The notes beneath the pieces were generated by a model. The model searched no databases and was not told the origin of the DNA. It was given only the letters and a program-made list of their open reading frames with translations. From the NCBI GenBank assembly GCA_038087875.1, contig CM075987.1, forward strand, positions 27,592,001 through 27,656,000: DNA of 64,000 nt, read 5' to 3'. Of the stretch, positions 48,001 through 63,000 are shown piece after piece; the first letter of the stretch is position 1, and each line of letters opens with the position of its first letter. The DNA is from Malacoraja senta. Lineage: Eukaryota. The translations under genes were made by a program, and so were the position numbers.

Positions 48001-51000
48001 CCGCGGGCGGGCGGCGCTGGATCGGAAGCACCGCGGAGTCGAAGCTCCAACCGGCACGGCCTAAAGTCCACGGGCGTCGCAGTCTCCGGGGAAGGAGCGG
48101 CCGCTCCAGACATTTCTAAGCTGCTGAGGACTTTTCCACCCGATGCGGGTGGGGCCTATAATCATCGGGCTGCCGTTGCGGCGACTGGCTGCAGTGGCCT
48201 CAAACTGGCCCCGACCTCGGGTGGACTAGGAGGAGGAGGAGGACTGGACATTTTGGTGCCTTCCCTCACAGTGGAGAGTGTAGATTCTGCTGTGGGGGGA
48301 TGTTCGTGTTGAATTTCTTATAGTGTGTTGTGTCATTTTTTTCTACCTCTTTTTATTATTTGTATGGATAGTCTTCCCTGTAAAGCACTTTGGCTTTTGA
48401 TTGAAATCGACTGAAAAGTGCTATATAAATAAACTTACTTTACTTTACTTCTTTGTCAAGTCCACTGACACTTGCAGTGAGGAATATCAACAGTGAAAGC
48501 CTGAATTATCACAAACTTCTTCCAAACTATGAAACAGAGATTCAAATGCACTGCAGCAGAGATGCTTCCCCTGAGGTGAAGTAAATGCCCGATGACAACC
48601 CAGCTGTTCTCAGCAAGGCCATGCCTGGACTTGGGGCTCTGCCCATATTCTTTTCGCCTTTCTTCCTGTATGCCACATCCCATTGTTAATCGAATATTCC
48701 TGAGGTGTTTGCATTGATTATCCCAGTGTTTCTGTCCCAATCCTCATTCCTCACAAGAATCCACCTCAGCTTCACCATAACATGGAGCCATGTACATGGG
48801 TGCAAGAAACCCAAGCCTACCTGCTGCTGCTCCACAAGCAGGATGTGAAGACCATGTGATAGAGTCATAGAGTCATACAGCTGGAAACAGGCCCTTTGGC
48901 CCAACTTGCCCACACCAACCAACATGTCCCATCTATACTAGTCCCACCTGCCTGCGTTTGGCCCATATATCCCTCTAAACCTGCCCTATCCGTTCTATCA
49001 TTCCAATGCTCCATGACATATAATAGGTTGGAAAGAATTGTTTGCAGCACAATTAAAACAACCATTAACTTAACACAAGAGTGTAATGTTTGAAATATCA
49101 AAGCTTGCATCTAAAAGTGCTTGATTGGTCCTACTGTTGTGCGATTGCTCCTGCTACAAAAGATCATTAAAACAAATATAAAATGTATCAACTTAATAAT
49201 AACATGTTGTAAGACTGAGCGCCATGTTGGTCAAGTCCAAAATCAATGCTAAATGTAAACGGAAGCAGGGATGCACAGAGGAGTTTCAGACTGTAACAGT
49301 CAGGACAGCAAATGAACAAGAAACCCAGGCTTACCTTCTCCTGCTCTACATTCAGGACGCGGGCTTGGTTATTCTCTGTTGAGGACATCAGAGAGTCGTT
49401 CCTCTGCTCCATCAACAAATTACTTTGCTCCACGTATCTGCCAGCAGGAGGAGACACGCAATTGTGAAAATGAAATATGGGCCGTGAGAGACATGGGAAA
49501 TGAGAATAAGGGCTGTCTTTCGATGTAACAACTGAATGGCACATTGAACACACGTCATGAATTGAGACAACAGGATACCAAATACAGAAGCACTTTCAGG
49601 AGAGGTTGACCAGGCTAGGACTCTATTCCTTGGAGCGCAGGCAGATGGAGGGTGATCTTGTAGATCTTATAGGGGTGATCTCAAAATCATGAGAGGAATA
49701 GGATCGGGTAGACGCACAGAGTCTCTTACCCAGAGTAGGGGAATCAAGAACCAGAGGACATAGGTTTAAGGAGAGGGGGGAAACAGATTTAATAGGAATC
49801 GGAGGAGTAACTTTTTCACAAAAAGGGTGGCAGGTATATGAAACGAGCTGCCGGAGGAGGTGATTGAGGCAGGTACTATCGTAACGTTTAAGAAACATTT
49901 AGACAGGTACATGGATAGGACAGGTTTAGAGGGATATGGACCAAATGCAGGCAGGTGGGACTAGTGCAGATGGGGCATGTTGGCCAGTGTGGGCACGTCG
50001 GGCCGAAGGATCTGTTTCTACGCTGTAAGTATGAATCTATAAGAAAGCAAAATTATATCTTCAGCTGGATAAAACGCAAAGGGTGGGAAGTTAAAAAATC
50101 TGTCCCAGGATATTCAGTCATAGGAATGTAGCATTGGAAATGTTCAGGACCAAGCAAGAATGGATCACATTATGGAGAGGAATAATCAGACGTAGAATTG
50201 CCACATGCTGACCAACAAGTTCACTTGTCAGTTCCATTCCCACTCTCTTGCCCCAAGACAAAGCAAATTAATATCCCATAAGTTAGACACAAAGTAATGG
50301 AGTAACTCAGCGAGTCAGGAAGCATCTCTGGAGATAAAGGATTGGTGACTATCAGGTTTTGGGTCGAGACCCTTCTTCAGAAGAAGGAATTGATTTCCTA
50401 ACTATCTCGGCAAACTTGACCTCACCCAGAGATGCTGCCTTTATCCCAGCCATCCCTTCCTCATGCTCTCTGTAAATCGCAACAATCTTCCCTTTTTCCC
50501 AGTAGACACAAAATGCTGGAGTAACTCAAGAGGAACAGACAGCTTTTCTGGATAGAAGGAATGGGTGACGTTTCTGGTCGAGACCCTACGCCTGAAGCAT
50601 CTGCAATTCCTTCCTACACACTTATCTTTCTCCATGTTCTGAGGAAGAGTAATGGCTCTGAAACGCAAATTCATTTTTCAATAGTGATAGGAGAAAAATT
50701 AGGCTATTCGGCCCATTAAGTCTACTCTGCCATTCAATCGTGGCTGATCTATCTTTCTCTCTCAACCCCATTTTCTTGTCTTCACCCCATTACCCCTGAT
50801 ACCCGTACTAATCAAGAATTTATCTATTGACTTGACCTCTATTATCTATTGAATTTACCCATTGACGACCTCCACAACCGTCTGTGGCAATGAATTCCAT
50901 AGATTCACCACCCTCTGACTAAAGAAATATTTGGCCCTGAATGTTGCCTGATATAAGTGTTTGCAGCGTTTGGTATTTTCATCTCCAGCATCTGTATTGT

Positions 51001-54000
51001 TTTAATTTTTAATGATTTTTACAAAAATAAATCAGCTGAACCAAAGCAAAAGCATCCGTTAGTCTTTGTTCATGTTGCTCAGAGTTAAGGTAGTTTGATT
51101 CCTTCCCCTGTACCTTTGGTTTCTCTGGATCAGCTCACTGATCTTTCCATTCTGCTCTTCAATCCGACTGCTTTTATCAAATACTTCTTGCTTCAGTCTC
51201 TCATTTTCCTAGAGAGGAAAGTAGTGGATATTAAAAGAAACAAAAAACTGAAGACAACCACTTTAGATCCAGGACTTTACTGCAAGAGTTTCTCTGGGCA
51301 GGATCCTAAGCACGGCTGCTACACTGTAGGCCTTTAGTCCATCAGTTGATTAGTACGGGTGTCAGGGGTTATGGGGAGAAGGCAGGAGGAAAAGATAGAT
51401 CAGCCATTATTGAATGGCAGAGTAGACTTGATAGGCCTAATTCTGCTCCTAGAACTTATAATGTCCTATAACTTACGAACTTATAAGAGAGACACATGGT
51501 GCTGGAGTAACTCAGCAGGCCAGACAGCATCTCTGGAGAAAAAGGAATACAGTGCCTTCCATAATGTTTGGGACAAAGACCCATCATTTATTTATTTGCC
51601 TCTGTACTCCACACTTTGAGATTTGTAATAGAAAAAATCACGTGGTTAAATTGCACATTGTCAGATTTTAATAAAGGCCATTTTTATACATTTTGGTTTC
51701 ACCATGTAGAAATTACAGCAGTGTTTATACATAGTCCCCCCATTTCAGGGCACCATAATGTTTGGGACACAGCAATGTCATGTAAATGAAAGTAGTCATG
51801 TTTAGTATTTTCTTGTTTGAGAAAGAACTGCAGATGCTGGAAAAATCTAAGGTAGACAAAAAATGCTGGAGAAACTCAGCGGGTGAGGCAGCATCTATGG
51901 AGAGAAGGAATGTTTAGTATTTTGTTGCATATCCTTTGCATGCAATGACTGCTTGAGGTTTGTGATCCATAGACATCACCAGTTGATGGTTGTCTTCTCT
52001 GGTGATGCTCTGCCAAGCCTGTATTGCAGCCACCTTTAGCTTATGCTTGTTTTGGGAGCTAGTCCCCTTCATTTTTCTCTTCAGCATATAAAAGGCATGC
52101 TCAATTGGGTTCAGATCGCGTGATTGACTTGGCCACTCAAGAATTTACCATTTTTTAGCTTTGAAAAATTCCTTGTTGCTTTAGCAGTATGTTTGGGATC
52201 ATTGTCTTGCTGGCCAATGAGTTTTGAGGCATTTGATTAAACTTGAGCAGATACGATGTGTCTATACACTTCAGAATTCATTATGCTACTACCATCAGCA
52301 GTTGTATCATCAATGAAGATCAGTGAGCCAGTACCTTCAGCAGCCATACATGCCCAGGCCATAACACCCCCACCACCGTGTTTCACAGGTGAGGTGGTAT
52401 GCTTTGGATCTTGGACAGTTCCTTCTCTCCTCCACCCTTTTATTCAGTTAAATTTCTACATGGTGAAACCAAAATGTATAAAAATACCCTTTAATAAAAT
52501 CTGACAATGTGCACTTTAACCACATGATATTTTTTTCTATTACAAATCTCAAATTGTGGAGTACAGAGGCAAATAAATAAATGATGGATCTTTGTCCCAA
52601 ACATTATGGATGGCACTGTAGATGAAGTTTTTCAGGACCCTACATCAAAGGTAAAGTGGATGTTTCCCACCTGTTTCAACAATATATTGGCTCTAAATCA
52701 GCCATCTCCCTCCTCAACAATACAATGGACGGAGATATTACCTCGTCTACAGCAACTTGGGAGAGCACTAAATGCCAGCCTTGTCAACGACTGTCACATC
52801 TTTTAACTGAATAAAAGTAGCCGACACACTGATTGCACCAACCTGTATAATTCTTTGGATATTATGCATTATCATGCTTGTTTCCATGGTGAACGATGAA
52901 ATGCCTGGGTTTGACGGCCCCGTGATGTGTTTCTGCAAGTCTTCCATCTGTGACAAAGGACAGATCTCAGCTTCAATAAGTTGCATCAATCCACTCTCAG
53001 TTACAGTCCTATTATCATCTTTTACCAGCACAATCATTTTCCCGCTTCACATCATTTACATCCTCTAAATCTGCATCCAAATCCCATTGATAGGCACAAA
53101 GTGCTGGAGTAACACAGAGGGACAGGCAGCACCTCTGGATAGAATAAATGGGTGACGTTTTGGGTTGAGACCCTTCTTCAGGAGAGTCAGTGGAGAGGGA
53201 AACGAGAGATATGCAAGGGTAAGGAATGAAAACGAGAGATCAAAGGGAACAAAGCTCAAGAAAAATGTAGAATAGAATATTGTTTAAGAAGGAACTGCAG
53301 ATGCTGGAAAATCGAAGGTAGACAAAAGTGCTGGAGAAACTCAGCGAGTGCAGCAGCATCTATGGAGCGAAGGAAATAGGCAACGTTTCGGGCCGAAACT
53401 TTGCCTATTTCCTTCGCTCCATAGATGCTGCTGCACCCGCTGAGTTTCTCCAGCACTTTTGTCTACCTTGCAAATCTATGTTCTCTCAACAACAAAGTGG
53501 ACAAACTGCAACTCCTGCGCCAAACAAACAAGGACTTCTCTCGAGCCGCTGCCCTGTGCTTCACCGAGACCTGGCTGTGTGAGTCGACCCCGGACAATGC
53601 GTTGCAACTGGTTGGCTTTAAACTTCACAGAGCAGACCGCGAAGCGGAGGCAGCGTGAAAATCAAGAGGCAGTGGAATATGCTTCTATACCCCAACCAGG
53701 ATTGGTGCAGTAACATCACGGTACTGTCTAACTTCCGCTCTCCTAATCTGGAATCTTTTTTTATAAATTGCAAACCCTTTTATTCTCCGAGGGAATTTAC
53801 CTCTTTTACTCTCGCTGGAGTTTACATCCCCCCCCCGCAACCCTACATACGTGAGGCGCAAACGCAACTCGCTGACCAGGCAATGAGAGTAGAGAGTGAC
53901 TTCCCCCATGGTCATTGGTTTGGGGGATTTTATCAAGGCTAACCTCAGCCAAGAGCTTCCAAAATACAGACATCATGTTACCTGCCCCACCAGAGGGGAT

Positions 54001-57000
54001 CATTGTTACACTACAATCAGGAATGCATATCGCTCTGTTCCCCGTGCGGCCCTGGGACTCTCTGATCATTGTTTAGTTCACCTTATTCCGACCTACAGGC
54101 AGAAACTAAAATCTGCTAAGCTTGTGGTCAGAACAATGAAAAAGTGGACAAGCGAGGGCATTGAAAACCTACTTTGACTGCACTGATTGGAATGTGTTCA
54201 GGGAAGCAACCACAACGTTGAATATACAGTTCCCTCCATTATGTTTGGGACAAAGACCCACCAGGGGCGCCGGGGAGATGGCAGCCCTGCCGGCAGTCTG
54301 TTCTTTTTTTCATCTTTTTGTTATTTTTAGCGTTTGTTAAAAGTTTGTTTTAATGTACTTCGGTTTGTTTTATGTGGAGGGAGGGGATTGGGGGAAACTT
54401 TTTTTCACGTTCCTACCTTCCCGGAGATGTGATCAATTTTTCGGATCACATTCTCCGGGCTCTGCGGCCTACCATCGCTGGAGCTGGAGGCCTCCTCGGA
54501 CTGTCGTGAGCCCCACCCCGGGGCGCGGACTTACCATCGGAGCGGATCCCTTGCCTGGGATCGTTCCCACCGCGGCCTGCGGACTTACCATCAAGGGCTC
54601 GCAGTCTCGGGAGAGGCTAGTCGGGAACTCCAATGCCGCAGAAGGTTCGATCGCCCAGCACGGGGGAGCTGAGAACCCCCTGATGCAGGAGCCGAACGCC
54701 TCGATGCGGAGGGCCCGAATGCCGCCGGCTACGGGAGTCAAGACTGTCCCGTCAACGGAGGGCTCGAGGCCCCCGACCGAGGAAGAACAAAAGGAAGGAT
54801 TTTAACTTTATTTCGCCTTCCATCACAGTGAGGAATGTGTAGGAGTCACTGTGGTGGATGTTCATGTTAAAATGTGTTCTTGAGTCTGTTGCTTTTAATT
54901 GTATGACTGACCTGGCCAGTGAAATTCCTCGTATGTTGCAAAACATACTTGGCGAATAAAATCTGATTCTGATTTAGTTATTTGATGGGCCGAATGGCCT
55001 AATTCTACTCCTATCACATGATCTTATAACACAAAATGCTGGAGTAACTCAGCAGGTCAGGCTTCAGTCTGAAGGGTTCCGTCACCTATGGAGAAACGTC
55101 ACCTATTCCTTTTCGGACAGGCAGCATCTCTGGAGAGAAGGAATGGCTAACATTCCGGGTCGAGACCCTTCTTCAGACTCAAGAGTCTGAAAAAGGCTCG
55201 ACCCTGAAACGTCACCCATTCCTTATCTCCTGAGATGCTGCCTGACCTGCTGTTACTACAGCATTTTCTGTCTATCTTTGGCCTACTAGTTTCTTTATTT
55301 ATGTTAAATAATTGCCTTTGACAAAGAGTTTATCGAGTAGAATACTTCTAGCAATGTCTAATTCATTAAGACTCTGACTTTCCACTCCCCCTCCCCCTCC
55401 CCCTCTCTCTTACAGCCTTTTGACTTACTGTTCTCTCCCCTCTGGTGGGGCAGGTAATGTGATGTCTGTATCATGCCTAAAATTAATCCAGTTAAGATTA
55501 GTCCCTAGTTTGTATCCAGGTAGCTCCAAGCAGATCATCACCACAGCACTTGAGGCAATGTCCTCAGTTCATTTAATGTTTGGACAAACACTCTTTAAAA
55601 CAGAAACGTGCAGAACCTCAAATTCAGCTCACCTTAAAAGCAAGGTGGTCAATTTTATCTGATGCCTTGCTAATGGCCAATCGAATTTCAGTGTTGTGCT
55701 GGCGTGCCTCAGTCATCATGAAAGATGTGACATCTCCACCAGCTGCAAAAAAAGGGAACAAATAAAATAACCTTCAAATGCTTCACTTGGGAAAGATACC
55801 AAATGTTCAATGTAATACTTGACAGACAAATGAAAGATTATGTAACTAAAAAAACACATCCACATTCCAATGTTTAAGAAAGAACTGCATATGCTGGAAA
55901 AATCGAAGGTACACAAAACTGCTGGAGAAACTCAGCATCTATGGAGTGAAGGAATAGGTGACGTTTCGGGTCGAGTTGGTTTGTGAGCTGGATCCACACT
56001 GTACCTCGATTAAATAACCTGCACACATACCTTGGTACTGGGGTACTTGAGCTGGGTACATCGGTCCGATTGACTGAATCTGTGTCTGAGCTCCATGGCC
56101 TTGTGCGTAACCATAGTGCATTCCTGTGTACGGCTGAAATAGAATCATTAGCAATTGTGAAAAACGTTATCATGTGCTTCCCACCACCATTCAGCCACTC
56201 AGGAATTCAATAACCCCTCCTTGCAGGCTACACGACAAGCAAGCCGACCCACCAACCAACGAGTGACAGCGCACTCAGGAGAAAAGGTGATTCCATTAAA
56301 GTGGATAAAAACCAGCTTTGTGATGTGGACATTTTAATCCATGGCCTTTGGTATGGTATTTTATTTGTCACTTTATTTTATTTATTTACTTTATTTGTGG
56401 GTGTGAACTCTGACTGAACAACAGAGTCCTTGCTCCCAAGATCTGGAATTCACTCTCAAAATGCCTCCAGCTCACTCCTTTAGTGTGGTATATTTATTGT
56501 CACATGTACCGAGGTACAGTGAAAAGCTTTTGTTGGGTGCTAATCAATCAGCGGAATGACAATACATGATTAAAATCGAGCCATCCACAGTTTAACAGAT
56601 ACATGATCATAAGATCATAAGTGATAGGACCAGAATTATGCCATTCGGCCCATCAAGTCCACTCCACCATTCAATCATGGCTGATCTATATCTCCCTCCT
56701 AACCCCATTCTCCTGCCTTCTCCCCATAACCTCTGACACCAGTACTAATCAAGAATCTATCTATCTCTGCCTTAAATATATCCACTGACTTTGCCTCCAC
56801 AGCCTTCTGTGGCAAAGAATTCCACAGATTCTTTGACTGTCTGACTAAATAAATTACTCGTCTCATGATAAAGGGAATAACATGAATAACGTTTAGTGCA
56901 AGATAAAGCCAATAAGTCTGATCAAAGATCTTTGAGATGCATCTTAATACCCATTCCTTTGACCAAGCATTGTTGACCTGCCCCAACATCTGTGTAGCTT

Positions 57001-60000
57001 TTAAGTCAAATCTTGATAATCTTAAAGGGCTTCAGTACATTTCTTTTCACAATGAAGACAACTACGAATTATTGCCCAATCAAGCTTCAAATACTAAAAT
57101 ATGTGAAAGTATACGTTGACAAGTTTTGCCCATTACATTCTGTTTGAAATGAATGAAAGATACAGCAAAGTACCTGGAATGATTGGGCACTGCCAGACAG
57201 TCCTTGCTGAGCGGGTAATACAACAGGCATTAACGCTGCACATGACGTCGGAGGCATAGAAACTGGCACTGTTGATATTTAAGAAATTACGTCAGAAACA
57301 AAACTCTTTATTTCAGTTTAGATTATTGTCACGTCTACTGAGGGGCAGTGAAAAGCTTTTGTTGCGTGCTATCCAGTCAGCGGAAAGACAATACATGATT
57401 ACAATCGAGGCATTCACAGTGTACAGATACACGATAAGGGAATAACGTTTAGTGCAAGGTAACCAGTAAAGTCTGATCAAAGATAGTCCGAGGGTCTCCA
57501 ATGAGGTAGATAGTAGTTCAGCACTGCTCTCTAGTTGTGGTAGGATGGTTCAGTTGCCTGATAATAGCTGGAATGAAACTGTCCCTGAATCTGGAGGTGT
57601 GCGTTTTCACACTTCTATACCTTTTGCCCGATGGGAGTGGGGAGAACAGGGAGTGGTCGGGGTGCGACTGGTCCTTGATTATGCTGCTGGCCTTGCTGAG
57701 GCAGCGTGAGGTATAAATGGAGCCAATGGAAGGGAGGTTGGTTTGTGTGGTCTGGGCTGCGTCCACAATTCGCTGCAATTTCTCTATTAACTTTATAACT
57801 TTTTATAACTTTATTAACAATTAACTAACAATTAACTTAAAAAAGAAGTTTTAAATGAAAGTAAATGCTTAGAAATGTAAGGCTGGACCAACCCTGCCCC
57901 AGCAGGTAACAGGTACAAGGTGGTCTTACAATAAGCTGCCATGCCAAATAAATCAGGGTGAATTTGCACAGTATCAAACTGAAATGCAGCCTGTACAGTT
58001 CAAATGATGATAAAAATGTGATGAGCAATTTAGCGATGAGGGACAACGTGAATGACACTTGACCTGGTGGAGGATGCTGTGGAGGTAGACTGTGAACCGG
58101 AGCAGCAGTGTGCTGGGCTGCTGGTGGGGCAGCAAGAGGCACTCCTCTCGAATGATCCTGCAGGAATATTAGAACAGAGGTCACACAAGGTCAGAAGTGA
58201 TAGCACCAGAATGAGGCCATTCAGTCCATCCAGTCTACTCTACCACTCAATCATGGTTGATCTATCTTTCCTTCCTAACCCCATTCTCCTGTCTTCTCCC
58301 CATAACCTCTGACACCCATACTAATCAAGAATCTATCTATCTCTGCCGTAAAAATATCCACTGACTTGGCCTCCACAGCCGTCTGTGGCAATGAATTTCA
58401 CAGATTCACCACCCTCTGACTGAAGAAATTCCTCCTCAACTCCTTCCTTCTCCTTGTCTTCACAAATGAAATACTTTTTTTTAAAATCGTAATTACCCAA
58501 TGCAGTCTTTGACAATTCATTGAAATCCTCACTAATTGACATTGTGGGGGAATGATAGTGTATAACTGCAGCATTCATTTACTGAGAGTTGTGATAGAGG
58601 AGTCACACAGATCACAACACAATTATTCCTTGCACACCAAGCTGCAAGGAAAACAACATTCCCATTCCAAAGCTTTATTTCCTGCACCCCCTCCATTGCC
58701 AGAGTGAAGCCACCGCTAACTGGACGAACGGGACGTTATATTCTGTTTGGGTAGCTTGCTACCCCATGGGCAGGAAGGAACTGCAGATGCTGGTTTAAAC
58801 CGAAGATAGACACAAAAAGCTGGAGTAACTCAGCAGGACAGGCAGCATCTCTGAAGAGAAGGAATGGGTGACGTTTCAGGTAGAGACCCTTCTTCAGCCT
58901 GAAGAAGTCTTAAACGTCACCCATTCCTTTTCTCCAGAGATGCTGCCTGACCCGCGGAGTTACTCCAGCATTTTGTGCCTATCTTCGGTTACAACCCAAT
59001 GGCATGACCGTCCAATTTTAAGTAATTCCCCACCACCCTCCCTCTTGCTTTCCTGCACTCCCCCCACCTCATGTGCACCCATTTCTCCCACTACCCCACT
59101 CTTCAACCTCCCCCCCCTCCCTAGCCCCCTCCCCTCCATATATATCCCTCCCTTTGGCTTCACATTTCACAACTTTTCCAACTTAATCTGCCACCGTTTG
59201 TCTCCTTTTCATGTCTAACGTTTGTCACTTTAGACTTTACTTTAGACTTTAGAGATACACCATGGAAACAGGCCCTTCGGCCCACCGAGTCCACGCTGGC
59301 CAGTGATCACCCTATACACTAGTTCTATCCTACATACTAGGGACAATTTACAGAATCCAATTAACCCACAAACCTGTACGTCTTTGGAGTGTGGAAACCA
59401 GAGCACCCGAAGAAAACCCATGCGGTTATAGGGAGATGGTGCAAACTCCGTACAGACAGCACCCATAGTCAGGATTGAACCCGGTCTCTGGCGCTGTGAG
59501 GCAGCAACTCTACTGCTGCGCCACCGTGCCACCTTCATCTGGGAATGAAACTCCTCCCTCACCTGTATCCACCTATCACTTGCCAAAATTTGACATCATC
59601 CCCCCTCCCCGCCCCCCCACACACACATTACGATCAGTCTGAAGGGCTGAAATGTCCAGACCCAAAATGTAACCAACTAATTCCTTCGACAGATGCTGGC
59701 TGATCCGCTGAGTTGCCCTCAGCTCTTGTATTTTACTGTAACCACAACAACCAATTTCATATGACAACTTGTACATGGGAACAGTAACTCCATCTCCATT
59801 TCATTCTTGTTATTTGGGATAGCAATCAAATGTTCATTTAAAGCTCCAATTCCAAGGTATGAATAGCCATTTGCTTTGATGCAAATACATGTTTTATTTA
59901 GAATCATAGACCTAAACAGCATGGAAACAGGCCCTTCTGCCCTATTTGTCCATGCTGACCATGCTTGCCCAGGCATTCTGGCAGGTCTGAAGAAGGGTTT

Positions 60001-63000
60001 CGGCCCGAAACGTTACCTATTTCCTTCGCTCCATAGATGCTGCTGCACCCGCTGAGTTTCTCCAGCATTTTTGTGTACCTTCGATTTTCCAGCATCTGCA
60101 GTTCCTTCTTTAACATTCTGGCAGGTCACATTTGCTCGCATTTGTCACATATCCCTCTAAATCCTTCCTATCGCTATATTTGTCCATGTGACTGTTGAAA
60201 GTTGTAATAGTACCCGCTTGCTTTGGCATCTCATTCCAGATACAGAAAAGATTGCTTGAACTCCCCTTTAAGTCTCTCTCCTTTCACCTTAAGCCTTTGC
60301 TCTCTATTTTTAGAATCCTCTGCCCCGAGAAAAAGACATTATTCATGCCCCTTGTGGTTTTTGTTCACCCCTCAGCCTCCTACACACCAAAGGAAAAGTC
60401 CCAGCCTAGGCAGCCTCACCCTCTAACACAAACCCTCTGACTAAAGAACTTCCTCCTTGCCTCTTTTGTTAAAGAGCGCCCTTTAATTCTGAGGCTATGA
60501 CCTCTGGTCCTAGACTCTCCCACCAATGGAAACATCCTCTCCACATCCACTCTATGCCTTTCATTATTCTGTAAGTTTTAATGAGGTCCCCCCTCAACCT
60601 TCTAAACTCCAGTGAGTACAGGCCCAGTGCTGTCGTCCTGGTAACACCCAGCTGGATGTAAACCACATTTAGATTTGCATTTACCAAACCTCTTAGTGGC
60701 CAAGAATGGAGTTTGTGCTATATGTGTGGACATTTTGCTCTCAAAACCAAACAGAATACAATTCACTGAATGGATTCATTCAATTATTTCTAAACCTGGC
60801 TGACGGAACAGGGTAGGCTTTCCAACATCTCACCTCAAGTTCAGAATCGCTGGAGTCAGGCTGTGCAGAAAGAGCCCCAGCGAGAAATGGCATTGGTTGT
60901 CCCATTTTTGCCATTCGGGATATCAGCTTGGCTTTAGTGGGACCAGGATTCTAAGAAAAAAAGAACAGGAAAAATAAGTGGAACCAAATATGGATATGGT
61001 AACTGCCCCATAATTTAAGAAGAGAGTCCAACAATCAAAAGCAGCAGGATGGAGAATCAGTTTGTTAATGTTCAAGGTTTAACATTTCAATTTCAGAAAT
61101 AAAATCATGGACATGCAAAAGATTAAGCCACTTCACTGGTTCCTTTGTTATTAGGTGTACCAAGGTGCAGTGAAATTATTTTGAAGGCCACCCGTCCTCA
61201 GTAATGGCTCCATTTTCTCTCCTTTCCTGCACTGTCTAACCTGTCAGACATGACCTACAGCTCTGCATTGCAAAATGTTGGCATCTTCCTTTCTTTGTCT
61301 CTTTCCAACTGCCCTCATTAACCCATCAATAGTTTGTCACCAGAGAGTCCCTAGCTTCACCCAACCAGAGATATTCCTTTGACCAATCCATCCTCCTGCC
61401 ACTCTCTCTGCAACTAAAAACCAATGTCTTCCTTCTTTCACAGTTCCAACAAAACAATCCTCAACCCAAAATGTTGCTGCCTGCTCCTTCTCCCACAAGC
61501 TTCCCAATCTGCAGAATGTTTCTAGCAATTTTCTTCTTTTATTTTAAATGAAACAACCTATCCCTGCATGCACCAAGATCTTATATGTTCATGCATTGTT
61601 GGAGCAGAATAAGGCCATTCGGCCCATTAAGTCTACACCGCCATTCAATCATGGCTGATCTAGCTTTCCTTCTCTATGACATTCTCCTGCCTTCGCCCCA
61701 TAACCTCTGACACCCGTCTTGACCGTATTGATGCAGGGGCAACTAAAGGCCTTGTCACGAGTATCAGACAGTGAGTATCTCCCTCAGCAGAGTCCATTAC
61801 ATTTGACAGCATTACAATGTGGACCACAGCCAGACACAGGTCACCAGAAATGCCATTGGCTGGACCTGCTACTTGAAGACTCAGACCATATGAGCAATTC
61901 AGAGACTGGATATCCTGCAGCAAATAACTCACCTCCTGACCCCCCAAAGACATTCCACCATATCTACAGAGCAGAGGTAGGTGACGAGACTCCCGGTTTT
62001 AGAAAATCTGGTTTTCTGAAGGAATAATAAACCAAGCCAACTTGATTTTGACAAATCTCAAAAACTAGAACAAAGTGCACAACTGTCAAAGTTTTCTCCA
62101 CAGAGAACAAGAGGTAAAATACTCTGCACTCATCCAGGTGAAAGCAGTTCTAACAAACAACCTCAGAAGCTTCAACCCAACAAGGACAAAATAACCCACT
62201 TAATTGTCACTGTATTCACCATCTTTATATTCATGCATTGTACCAACTTGCCATGGCAACAATATATACTACCAACAAACTTCACTGTCTTCCCAACAGT
62301 ACCACCTAAACCCATAAGAACTACCATGTAAGAGGACATGGGTGGAAGGTACATGGAACCATGCAGGTTTCTCTACATCATTCTAACTTGCACGTACGTC
62401 GCCATGCCTTAATCACTGCTGCCTCTAAAATCTGAAACGCTTATCCCACAATGTAGCCCTTGAACAAAGAAGCTGCAGCACTCAAGGTAGCTTTACACAT
62501 CCTTCTCATGAGCATTCATGGATTAGAAATAAATCCTCAAGATAGACACAAAATGCGGAGTAACTCAGCGGGACAGGCAGCATCTCCGGAGAGAAGGAAT
62601 GGGTGACGTTTCCGGTCGAGATCCTTCTTCAGACTAGACCCGAAACAGCAAACCCATTCCTTCTCTCCAGAGATGCTGCCTGTCCCGCTGAGTTACTCCA
62701 GCGTTTTGTGTCTATCTTCGGTTTAAACCAGCATCTGCAGTTCCTTCCTACAGAAATAAATCCTCGACTTGCCAGCAACGTCAACTCCTCTAAGCGAGTA
62801 GAGAATATAAAACAGGCCAAAGTGCCACATTCAGCCATTGTTACATGAACTTTGCAGAATGTATTAGAGATGAGCCAAGCTTCTGAACACATTATTATGG
62901 ATGAACATTAACTGGAAGTTGATGTCTAATCAATTTATCACTTAAAGGACATCAGAAATAATAGAATATTATTAGGACAGAAGGCATAGTATATTAATAG

